In this document: positions 37,798 to 48,906 of the stretch, piece by piece
Position numbering within the stretch: the stretch's first letter is position 1
Layout: every line of letters starts with the position of its first letter
Source of the DNA: Botryllus schlosseri
Taxonomy: Eukaryota
Direction of reading: 5' to 3'
Assembly: GCA_051294905.1 (NCBI GenBank)
Contig: CM119371.1
Span: forward strand, 23,686,001 to 23,750,000
DNA: 64,000 nucleotides
Translations under genes and position numbers: made by a program
Notes under the pieces: generated by a model
What the model was told of the DNA's origin: nothing
Seen by the model: the letters and a program-made list of their open reading frames with translations, nothing else
The model's database searches: none

Positions 37798-40700
37798 GAC
37801 TCAGAGTCATTGCAATGTGGCTTATTGGTATGACATTGTTATCGGGTGACATTCGATCTGCATCAAAATTACCGGCTATGATAATGTATGTAGATCGAAG
37901 GCTTACTCCCCGATGTTTGTATACCAACACCAACACATTGCATGCAATGTCACACACCTCCATTTACGCGTATACTTTTGTGGGCAAACAAGCGCGACGT
38001 ATGTCTGGATGTTATTTTTTCGTGGAAACACAGGGTGTAACATGTTTACTTGAATATTGTTCGTTGGTTTATCGATTCAGGGTTGATATCCGGATCCGGT
38101 TACGTACTTTATCAGGGTTTCCGATTTCAAACTGAATGTCGAGACATACATTGACCAATAAAGACACAATATAGTAAACATGTGGGAGAAAACTCGACCC
38201 GGAATTGTTATCGCGATGGGCGACATAAATCCAACCGTTTTCCGACCACCGATATCCACGTACCAACCATCGTCGAGGAGGTGTTTTATTCAGACATTTT
38301 GACTCTGGAAAATCCAAAGCAAGAACCCGGACATCGCAGACATGTCGAAACCTATTGTCCAATTTCTAAAACATACACGTCGATGTACAGCACATTGCAT
38401 GTGGGTAACCAATGATTTTGATGGGTTGCATCAGCACAAGTGAATATGCGATTACACAAATGTATTGGAGTTGTTGATGGTGTATATTTCCGTCACTGTT
38501 CGTTGTAATCTATTTCAAACTATCGTCAATACAACAAATACCAAATTGTCAGGTGTGTTTGTCAGATTTCAAAATGAAAATGGTTTTGTTACTCTAGGAA
38601 AAGCTAGATGACCAAGAGAAAATGTATTGTTACACTGGGTAAACGCCAGATCTCCAAAGGAAAATGATATTTTTACTCAGGTAAACGACGGACCACCAAG
38701 TAAAAAAGGATTGTTACCCAGGGAAAAAATAGATTTCCAAGTGAAAAGAGGATTGCTACCCAGGGAAAAAATAGATTTCCAAGTGAAAAAGGATTGTTAC
38801 CCAGGGAAAAAATAGATTTCCAAGTGAATAAGGATTGTTGTTGAGGGAAAACATATATTTCCAAGTGAAAATGGTTTTGTTACACTGGGGTAAACGATAA
38901 ATCTCCAAAGGGAAATGGTAATTGTACACAAGTAACGGCTGACCTCCTGGTGAAAATGATATTTTTACTTGGGTAGGAATCGTATGTTCAGTGTCAGTGA
39001 TGTTGTTAAACGTTGTTGCTTGACGTCGGTATCCCGTTAGTGTATTGTTATGAGTGTGAAAAGGATTTACACATCTTGTGTAGAGTGTCAGAGTGTTGCG
39101 ACAGTAAAGATATTTTTCGGGTGACGAACCAAGATCGTTGTTTAAATGTTAATGCATTTCGATTACCGAGTTGCTGTACAATAGAGATGAATCTACATTA
39201 GACCGTGCTGTGTACTTCGACTAAAACCACATGTAAATCTATTCGCACAACTCGATGATGTTGATGTAGTGTTACTAAAATAAATTATTACCTATTTACA
39301 CAACATAAAAATAACAATTCATGTCGTAGTAAGTAAGCTTCTTGAACTCGTGCTTGATGAAAACGATTGGCGACAAGTATGCTTTTGTGTTTGAGTGAAA
39401 AATAATTATTTAGAGTAGTGGCAGTTTGTGACCAACGAATGCAAATCGATCATGGTATTACAATATACGCTTTCGTCAACATAACGACTTGGTGCAGGAG
39501 AAACACTTTAACGTTTTTCAATAACCAGAATCTTGAAACATGTTGCTTGTGTGATTTACAGCTGGTGCACAAAGGTTAGCGACGTTTTTTAATATAGTTC
39601 CACTTTCTAGTTGTTTTGATGTGAGGCTCGGCGCTTCTCGTTAGTAAAGTAAATTGTTTTGTGCGTTAGATTTGTGGTAAGTAAGTCGAATACATACTCT
39701 TTTGTGGAAGTAACTGTATTACTGCAATATCATTGGTAGGTCTCTGAAGCAGTGGCAATGGATTTGTTTTTGAAAGATGTCACGATGTCGGTATAATGTT
39801 TTCTAAAAGTCAAACTCGGACGGATATCATGGCTATGTAGGACTCACGATAAACATTATACTTATACAACTTTGTTACAAGAACTATGATATTTCTGTAA
39901 GGTGTGTTGGATTATTTGAATATTTAGATGCGTGACCATTCATCTAACAAAAGTTCATGTGACATCAAAAACAGTTTGTAGAGTGTAACCAAACATTTAG
40001 TTTCGTAGTGTGAGGATATCGAGTAAAGTTGATTACTTTGTGTGATCTAAATATACTTCGTACTTTTGTAAGAGTTGTAGGGATGATCATTCGTATCCTA
40101 CGAAGTAGCTAGTTGATACTACAAAATATTGAATGATCGCTAACACACTGAGTTCATAACCCAAGATAGTGAAAATTATTTACACTAACATAATTCTTAT
40201 CCAGCAAAACTATAGACGGAGTTTAAATTTAGATCGTATTAACCGAAGTGATGAGTAGCTCTAGTAAAAAAAACGAAACGGATAAAACAAATTTCTGTGT
40301 CTTGGTTGTTGTAAATAACTACTTGGTATGACATTAGCTGGGTGGGTGTCAATTCGTATCTATCGAGGTTCAATGTTTAACCATACCGAAATGAATCCGA
40401 GCGCATAAAGCATACATTGATCACAATCGAGTTCGGTGAGAATCAGTATCAATATGAGTGGTATATTATTTTTCGCGATATGCAACCAACCTTCTAAGTA
40501 AAACTTTTCAAAAATTCGTCATGTCATAGTCGGTTGTTACGAATTCGAAAAAAAAATAATTTACTTCGGTTATCACGACAAAGGGAATTAAGATCAATGG
40601 AGTATTTCGAAGTGGTATGTTCAACAATCGCTAAATGGCAAAAATATCAAACTGTGCATACAACTCGGTTAGGTAAACGATACAGTTACAAGAATGATGT

Positions 40701-43474
40701 AACCGTGATTTACAGATGACAGCCTGATGATGTAAAGCTCAATCACTCAAATGTGTTCATTGCAAAGTATTTGACACAAACAAAATATTGAATGAAGTCT
40801 TCGGTTTCATTTCCAGGTGAGTGAAAATTGTTTTCTGCTGGACATATATGATTTACCTTTAGAAAAACGATCTACACCGAGTACGCGACCTTGTTTCATA
40901 TCCGTCGAGTGAGTAAAATTTCTTTGGAATCCGGTTTAGTGGGGTAATTGCTAGTGATTCAATCACATACAAGTGAGGTCTTTTAGTGACTGTAATTACA
41001 TCTACTTTGACGAATTACAATAGGAAGATTTCTAATTTCTCTGATCGTGTGTGTGTGTTTTACAAATAATTCTAGTACGCCTAGCTATAGGACACATTTA
41101 GCAAACGGTATGCGAATTGTTTTTGTGATGACAACGACTTTTAGTGGTCTGGTTAATTGTCTGATGACAATTATTTTAGGCGGTCCAAATCGGTATCACT
41201 ACTATGAACGACAATACAAACAGATTTTTGTAGATTTCAGTGTAGGACATATTTCGATTTAAATACCGCTATGAGTTTTGTATATTACCCAAGTGTAATA
41301 GAATAAGGTGCACCCATTGAAGATATTCCAGATCGCTTCTGAGGTGATCAAAGCCTTGAAGTGTAACCTTGTAATGTTTTTTACATTTAGCGCCTACGAC
41401 AGAGAGTGTGGATGTAATTGAGTATTGGTCGCACGCTTCAAACGACGCTCGATATCCAAAAGTGATATTTTCACACTCTGTAAAGTGCATATGTTTCAAT
41501 TCCTGTCACAACTCCGATAACAAATTGTATCAATTGCTGGATTCAATAGTAACGACATGAAATTGTGATATACTGACTCTATACGTAGTCGTTTCAATTA
41601 GCCGTCACGAATTTGACTAATAAAGCATTTTGCATCGGGTGTTCAATGTTTGAATAACGAAATTGTTGTGTCATCTTTAGTCTTGGTTACTGGAAACAAC
41701 TATACATTTGTAAAAATATTTTCTGATATCCATAATACGCAGAGTGATTTGTACCAACGTGGAATATCTTTCAAATCAAGAACATTTCAGACAAGTATAG
41801 TTTTACAAATCAATATGTTAATAACCACGGTAGTGAAAAGTTTGTTGTTGTCATAACCTTTACCACAACACCGGGTCTAATTAACGCGAATAATTTAATA
41901 ATCAAGTCATGATCAACTATTACATATGTCAAATCGATGTGTCAATAAGGATGTTTACAACATAACTTTCAATGTAGCACCGGCGTTTGATCGTATAAGA
42001 AATGAATTCTTAACTACGTTGCTCGACCTTTCAAATCTCGTATACTCAAACATATTATGTTAAGCTCAAGTCCCCTGTACCGAAGAGTAATTAATTTTGT
42101 CTTACAAAATATACCGAGTAATAATCAGTTTGTCTTGCAGAATATACCGCGTAGTAATTCCTCTATCTTACAGAATAGTAACCACTTCTCAAGTTGAATG
42201 AAAAAGATGCGTTGGGATATGAATACAACCGAGCTTGTTATGGGTTTTAGGTTTTAGTGATTGTATGGACTCGTGTATGCTTGGCTGACTGCTTGAGTTG
42301 GTCGGGTAAGTTACAAACGGATTGACTTGACAATGTTTTCCTGATTGACTGAGTATGGCAAAATGTTAAAATATCGAGACCTAATACTTTATCCGTACAC
42401 CCAATTATAACAAAACATAACCCGCATTCAAATAATACGTAAGCTACAACTGGATTTAAAACTCGATGCTATTTTGTGGTTAACTCTAGTCAGTGGTCAT
42501 GTTTGTGTAGATTTCAGGAATGATCATGACGAGTTGGCCGGGTAAATTAGTGGTAGTAACTATATGACCGTACAGAGTTGCTGACATTCCAACATCTTTT
42601 ACGCTGTAATGTACGGATTTTATTGTGATCATTTAATTCTCAGTTATTGTTCAGACATTTAAATCTCGTATACTCAAAATGTAATAGGTTATGCCAAGTC
42701 GTATATGTACCGATTAGTAAATACTTTGTCTTGCAGTGTAGTAACGGACTTTACAGTTGAATAAAAATTATCGTCATATGAATAATTATTATTAATTCAA
42801 GTTTGCGAGTTGTAGTGGTATAATCAAGTAAGTGAAAACTATATTTTTAACACCGGTTGATATTATGAATAATTCTTTTGAGTATGGTAAGATGTCTCTT
42901 TGACAAACGAAAAGTCGGATCGCGAATAGAGTTGCAATGTTCCATTACTTGTTTCAAATCAATGTGCGTATAATATCAATATGGGACTGTGGGAAAGTCG
43001 ATAGTCATGTTTGTCAATCCTATTTCAATTCACACTACGCCAAAGTCAAAATATTTCGTTTCGGATTTTCTCAATTTACCTATAGAACATCTCGCGAAAG
43101 GTTTCCGACACCGTACTATGACTAGATTGTGATGCATGACGCATTATCGTGTCAGTGACGTAGGATTTACAATTATTTCGCACCTTTTTGAATAAACGCC
43201 AACTTCGCAAATGATTAGGGTTGGATCAGAAATAAGTGACAATCTATCGCTATTCGTGTTACCGACACTGACGGTCTGATATTCGGTACTTATTAAATCT
43301 TACGAGTAAAATCAAGTTCTGTGACAAACTGCTTACGAAAATTTCACCGCGTGAGCGATCGATGTCTTTAACACCAAGTCGCGAAAGATGATTATGTCCG
43401 AGAAATTATCTTGTCAGCGATCGCTGGGTTTTGCAAACTATTTCACACCTATTTGAAGTGTTAATTTGTGACCG

Positions 43475-43945
43475 TTGTTATTGTTGATATTCGAACCGCC
43501 GTCTACGCCGGCTCTGTCTGAGATTAATGATATTCTCTATAACCACCCTGACACACAAAGTCTATATCTAGGGACTTATCCGATAGACCAGTTACCAAAG
43601 AAACCAACTAACGGAAAATTCGCTATCACCATTAATTACGATGAATCGAGTTTGCCTGGATCTCACTGGGTGTACAGAGATGACGATACTCATTTTCATG
43701 ATTCACTAGGTTTCGGACCACTAAAACCTCAGATAATAGAATTCCTGGAGCTGGATGAATTTTCTGTGACTGGGAAACAGTTACAAAGTAAAACTTCGGA
43801 TGTGTGCGGAGATCATGCTATAGCATTCTTGATAAAAAGAGCTCAAGGATTTTCAGCCAAGGAATACTTGAATAATTTTGGTGATGATAAAAAAGTGAAT
43901 GATACGATTGTGCGTGCTTTTGTGAAGAGTTTGATTTCAGAGTAA
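43475..43945 (+). CDS. Polinton-type adenain-like cysteine protease, right-arm copy
   Basis: Same motifs as the left copy with two substitutions (HPV>HPD, LEP>LEL). AATAAA overlaps the stop (TAATAAA). Confidence 0.8.
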   Translation: MLLLIFEPPSTPALSEINDILYNHPDTQSLYLGTYPIDQLPKKPTNGKFAITINYDESSLPGSHWVYRDDDTHFHDSLGFGPLKPQIIEFLELDEFSVTGKQLQSKTSDVCGDHAIAFLIKRAQGFSAKEYLNNFGDDKKVNDTIVRAFVKSLISE

Positions 43946-44139
43946 TAAATGAATGTGTAATGTGTATACTTGTGACTCTTGCTGCGACTGTGAACAGCAG
44001 ACTATTCTGTAGGTGTGAAACAGCGGTACGGAAGGTGCGAATAATCCGATCTGAAGTATTATTCAGCTAGCAATCAATAGCGAGGAAAGACTTAGAACAC
44101 GATCGGTCATTTGCCACGACTGAACTATGCCATCATATA

Positions 44140-44395
44140 TGTTATGTTCGTGCATTTACGTTCGGTGTCGTAGAACTCTTTCTTTCTATAGGATTAGTAA
44201 TTTCAGCCAATCATTATTTCCTCGTGTGTCATGCTTGTATTTATACCCTGTGTTCTGTTGTCTCGTGGTCTTTTCATTTAACTGTACTCTGGATCGTGTC
44301 GCTGCCTTAAAGTCATACTGCTGTAAAATATACTGATTTCGTATTGCAACCTCGTCGTATTGAGTTATTGTTCAAACAAGATCAAGAACATAACA
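44140..44395 (+). repeat. 5' LTR
   Basis: TG...CA with 10-bp terminal inverted repeat; identical by eye to 48651-48906. Confidence 0.95.
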
Positions 44396-44397
44396 AT

Positions 44398-44415
44398 TGG
44401 TGTCAGAAGTCGGAT
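44398..44415 (+). promoter_or_regulatory. Primer-binding site complementary to the tRNA-Leu 3' end
   Basis: TGGTGTCAGAAGTCGGAT, 2 nt after the LTR. The complement of the tRNA-Leu(CAA) 3' end is TGGTGTCAGAAGTGGGAT. Confidence 0.85.
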
Positions 44416-44445
44416 TCATAGTTATTTCTGCGACGAAGATACAGC

Positions 44446-47400
44446 ATGGATTCGGGTATACTGAAGCTGCTCGAGAAGCAACAGGCAATGATGGCGAGCC
44501 TACATGAAACAATGGCAAATCAAAAAGCTCAGCTGGAGCAGCAAAATGCTCAGCACAAAGAAGATATGACGCAGCAAAAGTTGCAGCATGAGGAAGCCAT
44601 ATCGCAATTAGCACAGAGGTTGAGTCCCGGTACGTCAACATCTGAAGCTACAGCTCCCAAGTTTGATTCGTTTGTAAAATCGAAGGAGAAATGGGACCAA
44701 TATCTGCAACGATTCAACCACCACCTTGCAATTTACGGCATTTCCAATATGGAGAAGAAAAGAGCGTGTCTACTCTCATGGGTTGGACCTGAAACGTACT
44801 CGCTCCTACGTAATTTGTTTGGTGCTGCTGATGTCAGTGCGCAAACTTTCGAAGCGTTGACCGAGAAGTTGTCTACACACTTCAAGGACTCCATTCATGT
44901 GCAAGCAGCCAGGTACGAATTTTACAATTGCAAAATGCAGCCGGGACAATCGTACGCCGATTGGATCGCTACTCTACGCGGAATCTCCAAGGATTGCAAC
45001 TTCACATGCTCAAGAGAAGGCTGTGATCAAAGCTACGTTGATGAGCTAATGCGCGATCTCATCATTAAAGAAACGCCGCACGCGGATGTGAGACGGCATT
45101 GTCTAACACAAACCAATCCATCCCTTGACGACGTTCTCAAAGTAGCCGCAACACACGTGAGAACGCTGGAAACCGATAGGGTTATCCAGGGCGAGAGTAG
45201 CGGAAAAGACACTTCCATCGTCAACAAAATGACGGGAAGTTATCAGAAGGGGAGAAAACCTTCCAAATCCATCCAAGGCAATTTCCCGGAAAGACTGAAA
45301 TCCTGCAGCCGCTGTTTCATCGATCACCAGAGAAAAGACTGTCAATATCGACATGCAGTATGTCAGAAATGTGGTCGTAAAGGTCATATCAAACCTGTGT
45401 GCATGTCTACCAAACCTAGTATCACGCAACAGGTCACATCCGTCAATTTCTGCTCAGTGCCACTCCTCTCTTTCGACATCGATCAACTGTATCGACGTGT
45501 AGGAAACCAGCTCTGGATCAACTCCAGCATCAACGGCATTCCGTTGCCGACACAGTGGGACACTGGTGCACCCTCCGCCATGGTGGGATTGACTGGGTAC
45601 AAAACTTTGGGCTCTCCGAAACTCTCAGCATACCATTGCTCTTTCGTAGCGTATGGCGACAAGCCACTGAAAGTGAAAGGTATTTGCACTGTAACTGTGC
45701 AGGTGGGTTCGGAAGTTCGAGTTGGCTTAAAATTGGTGGTTCTCGACGAGCACCGTGGGCAAAACATTTTTGGTCTCGATTGGAGCGATGCTTTCTCCAT
45801 GACCGCTAAGGGAACGTCTGCTTTGGATGCAATTTCTTCGCAGATGGTCAAATCGCAATCATGTAATACTATTGACATTTCTGATTCGAACGACAAATTG
45901 GCATCTTTTCAGTCCAAATATCCCTCCGTTTTCTCTAATGTATTAGGACGATGCACCAAGACAAAGGTGACAATTCACTTGAAACCTAATGCCAAGCCCG
46001 TATTCAACAAGCCACGCCCTTTGCCTTTCGCAAGGCAAATCGCTGTTCAAACCGAATTGGATAGATTAGTCAATCAAGGTATCCTCGAACCAATCAATTA
46101 CAGTGATTGGGCAGCACCAATTGTTGCCGTCACTAAATCTAATGGATCAGTACGCATTTGTGGTGACTTCAAAGCATTGAATCAACAGATTCAGATAGAT
46201 CAACATCCCCTGCCCTCCTTGGATGAAATCCTTCACAAGTTACAGGGTGGTTGTATTTTCACGAAAATTGATCTTGCCGATGCTTATTTTCAGCTTGAAT
46301 TAGATGATGATGCGAAGAATTTGTGTGTCATCAACACGCAATTCGGTCTATTCCGTTATCGACGCATGTGTTTCGGAGTCGCATCTAGTCCCGCAAATTT
46401 TCAACGCTGTATTGATGCCATGATCGCCGGCTTACCCGGTGTTGCTAGTTTTATCGATGACATAATCGTTACTGGCATTGATGAACGCGATCATTTTCGC
46501 AACTTATCGCTACTCTTTGAGCGCCTCACCGAATACGGTTTCACCGTCAACTTCGCTAAATGTGAATTTTTCAAAAGTAGTATCGAGTACCTTGGTCACA
46601 TAATCGACAAGGACGGCAAACGCCCGTCTCACAAATCCGTTGAAGCAATCAAACAGTTGCCTAAACCTCAGGATGTTCGCCAGCTACAGGCATTCCTGGG
46701 CAAAGTCAATTATTATCGCGCGTTTATTCCTAATTTCACGAATAAAGCCGCTGCCTTGTACCGTCTTCTTCAAAAAGACGCGGAATTCATTTGGAATGCG
46801 GACTGTGACGCAGCTTTCCGCATTCTCAAAAACGCCGTAATCGACGCTACGCAGTTAGCTCATTATGATGTAAACAAGCAGCTCATTTTGTCAACTGATG
46901 CTTCTCAATTCGGAATCGGCGCTGTCCTCTCAATCGAGCACAATGGCGAAGAGAGACCGATCGCGCACGCATCGAAAACACTTTCCGATTCGCAAAAATC
47001 CTACTCTCAAATGGAGAAGGAAGCTCTGTCAATCATTTACGGAGTCACTAAATTTCGTCAATTCTTGTATGGTAGAAAATTTACGCTCGTAACGGACCAC
47101 AAACCGCTTTTAGCTATTTTCTCGCCGTACAAGAAGATTCCCGTGATTACAGCGCAACGCTTACAGCGATGGGCACTAACGCCCATGGCTTATCAATACG
47201 ATATTCGCTATAAACCGACTAATCAGCACGGAAACGCCGACGGTTTATCTCGCCTACCAAAGGGTCCAGACCCTGAGTTTGACGAACTGGAAATTCGTGA
47301 AAACGCGGAGATCGTTCACGCTATTAATATGGCATTCGATGGCTTACCGTTAACTCGCAATGAAATTCGCGACGCGACGCTGAAGGACAAAACCATGAAA

Positions 47401-48357
47401 CTAGTAAAATTATCTGTCACTCATGGTAATTGGAATCCAAAGACGCACATTGATGATTTTTCTTGGTTTTCGACTCGCAAACATTCGCTTTCTCTGCACG
47501 AAGACATAGTCATGCTCAATATTGATGGTTTTCAGCGCGTAGTAATTCCGCAGTCACTTCGCTCGCGAGTCTTATCATTGTTGCACGAAGGACATTGGGG
47601 TATCGCGAAAATGAAGCAGATGGCTCGACGCTACATCGCATGGCCTTCTATTAATCGCGACATTGAAAATCTCGTTAAGAGTTGCGACGATTGCCGTAAG
47701 GTAATGAAAGCGCCTGATCGTCAGTATCGCGAATGGCCTAAAACTTCTGAAAGCTTTGAACGAATTCACTTGGATTTCGCAGGTCCAATAAACAATAAAA
47801 TGTTTCTTGTCATCGTCGATGCGCATTCGAAATATCCTTTCGTTAAAGTAATGAATGTCGGTTCTACCACAACCTTGTGTGTGGTCAACGCTTTGAGGGA
47901 CGTCTTCGCTATCGAAGGCTTGCCCATAACAATTGTCACGGATGGCGGGCCGCAATTCACATCGAATGAATTCGATACGTTTTGCTCTAATTTGGCAATC
48001 AGCCATATCGTATCACCGTCTTTTCACCCTGCCTCGAACGGGGAAGCGGAGCGTTTCGTCCATACTTTGAAAGCTGGATTAATAAAAAATTGCGACGGGG
48101 GAAAAGATCTCAACTTCGCGCTCCAAACACTTCTCGCAACGTACCGATGTGCACCGCACCCGGGCATAGACTGGAAAACGCCTGCCGAGATTTTACATGG
48201 TCGACAGCCGCGCAATTTGTTGAGTTTGTGCTCGCCCTTCGACAAATCGAAACCCGTTACGCCTAGACAATCAGTCACTCATTTTGAGATTGGTTCCTCG
48301 GTTTACGCTCGCAGTTACCGAAGCGAAGCGGACCAAAGTGGGTTGCTGGCGTGGTGA
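44446..48357 (+). CDS. Gag-Pol polyprotein, single ORF, C-terminus frameshifted
   Basis: Zinc knuckle CQKCGRKGHIKPVC, protease WDTGA, RT (RICGDF, DLADAY, FIDD), RNase H (TDAS, EKEAL, TDHKPL), and integrase HHCC with D-D-E (LDFAG, TDGG, NGEAER). Confidence 0.95.
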   Translation: MDSGILKLLEKQQAMMASLHETMANQKAQLEQQNAQHKEDMTQQKLQHEEAISQLAQRLSPGTSTSEATAPKFDSFVKSKEKWDQYLQRFNHHLAIYGISNMEKKRACLLSWVGPETYSLLRNLFGAADVSAQTFEALTEKLSTHFKDSIHVQAARYEFYNCKMQPGQSYADWIATLRGISKDCNFTCSREGCDQSYVDELMRDLIIKETPHADVRRHCLTQTNPSLDDVLKVAATHVRTLETDRVIQGESSGKDTSIVNKMTGSYQKGRKPSKSIQGNFPERLKSCSRCFIDHQRKDCQYRHAVCQKCGRKGHIKPVCMSTKPSITQQVTSVNFCSVPLLSFDIDQLYRRVGNQLWINSSINGIPLPTQWDTGAPSAMVGLTGYKTLGSPKLSAYHCSFVAYGDKPLKVKGICTVTVQVGSEVRVGLKLVVLDEHRGQNIFGLDWSDAFSMTAKGTSALDAISSQMVKSQSCNTIDISDSNDKLASFQSKYPSVFSNVLGRCTKTKVTIHLKPNAKPVFNKPRPLPFARQIAVQTELDRLVNQGILEPINYSDWAAPIVAVTKSNGSVRICGDFKALNQQIQIDQHPLPSLDEILHKLQGGCIFTKIDLADAYFQLELDDDAKNLCVINTQFGLFRYRRMCFGVASSPANFQRCIDAMIAGLPGVASFIDDIIVTGIDERDHFRNLSLLFERLTEYGFTVNFAKCEFFKSSIEYLGHIIDKDGKRPSHKSVEAIKQLPKPQDVRQLQAFLGKVNYYRAFIPNFTNKAAALYRLLQKDAEFIWNADCDAAFRILKNAVIDATQLAHYDVNKQLILSTDASQFGIGAVLSIEHNGEERPIAHASKTLSDSQKSYSQMEKEALSIIYGVTKFRQFLYGRKFTLVTDHKPLLAIFSPYKKIPVITAQRLQRWALTPMAYQYDIRYKPTNQHGNADGLSRLPKGPDPEFDELEIRENAEIVHAINMAFDGLPLTRNEIRDATLKDKTMKLVKLSVTHGNWNPKTHIDDFSWFSTRKHSLSLHEDIVMLNIDGFQRVVIPQSLRSRVLSLLHEGHWGIAKMKQMARRYIAWPSINRDIENLVKSCDDCRKVMKAPDRQYREWPKTSESFERIHLDFAGPINNKMFLVIVDAHSKYPFVKVMNVGSTTTLCVVNALRDVFAIEGLPITIVTDGGPQFTSNEFDTFCSNLAISHIVSPSFHPASNGEAERFVHTLKAGLIKNCDGGKDLNFALQTLLATYRCAPHPGIDWKTPAEILHGRQPRNLLSLCSPFDKSKPVTPRQSVTHFEIGSSVYARSYRSEADQSGLLAW

Positions 48358-48617
48358 CGGAAATACTGGGGCGTGTTGTGTACATCATAAAAACAGATCA
48401 TGGGTATTGGAGGAGGCACAAAAACCAACTCCAACCACGCTTGATTTCCACTGGTCATGATACAGCCGCACAGGAAGTTGCTCAGCCTCAACAGTCCCAA
48501 GCTGAGCAACCATTGGTCAGGAATAGGGCACAACGTCCTGCAGCTAGCCCTGCTCGATCGTCGGGCAGACGTTATCCTCTGAGAAATAGGAAACCCACCG
48601 ATTTCTATAGACCGTAA
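48329..48617 (+). CDS. Out-of-frame integrase C-terminal domain (GPKWVAGVVTEILG...RRHKNQL)
   Basis: Becomes continuous with the main ORF if one copy of CGAAG (48319-48328) is removed. Confidence 0.75.
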
Positions 48618-48640
48618 ATGTGGGCAACCCTCTAACTTAC

Positions 48641-48649
48641 AAGGGAGGA
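48641..48649 (+). promoter_or_regulatory. Polypurine tract
   Basis: AAGGGAGGA just upstream of the 3' LTR. Confidence 0.8.
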
Positions 48650-48650
48650 C

Positions 48651-48906
48651 TGTTATGTTCGTGCATTTACGTTCGGTGTCGTAGAACTCTTTCTTTCTAT
48701 AGGATTAGTAATTTCAGCCAATCATTATTTCCTCGTGTGTCATGCTTGTATTTATACCCTGTGTTCTGTTGTCTCGTGGTCTTTTCATTTAACTGTACTC
48801 TGGATCGTGTCGCTGCCTTAAAGTCATACTGCTGTAAAATATACTGATTTCGTATTGCAACCTCGTCGTATTGAGTTATTGTTCAAACAAGATCAAGAAC
48901 ATAACA
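48651..48906 (+). repeat. 3' LTR
   Basis: Identical by eye to the 5' LTR. Confidence 0.95.

Larger units (their letters stand above)
44140..48906 (+). mobile_element. Ty3/Gypsy LTR retrotransposon (Mag-like), full length and recent
   Basis: Two 256-bp LTRs TGTTATGTTC...GAACATAACA, TSD ATATA (44135-44139, 48907-48911), PBS, PPT, and domain order Gag-PR-RT-RH-IN. Confidence 0.97.

Noticed and set aside
36270..38415. Cluster of 60-124-aa ORFs around the spacer as Polinton core genes
   Set aside because: No pPolB, integrase, ATPase or capsid motifs were recognised and stops occur in all frames examined. Remote homology cannot be excluded without HHpred.
45033..48533. Antisense and alternate-frame ORFs inside the Gypsy element
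   Set aside because: Shadows of the Gag-Pol frame with no recognisable motifs.
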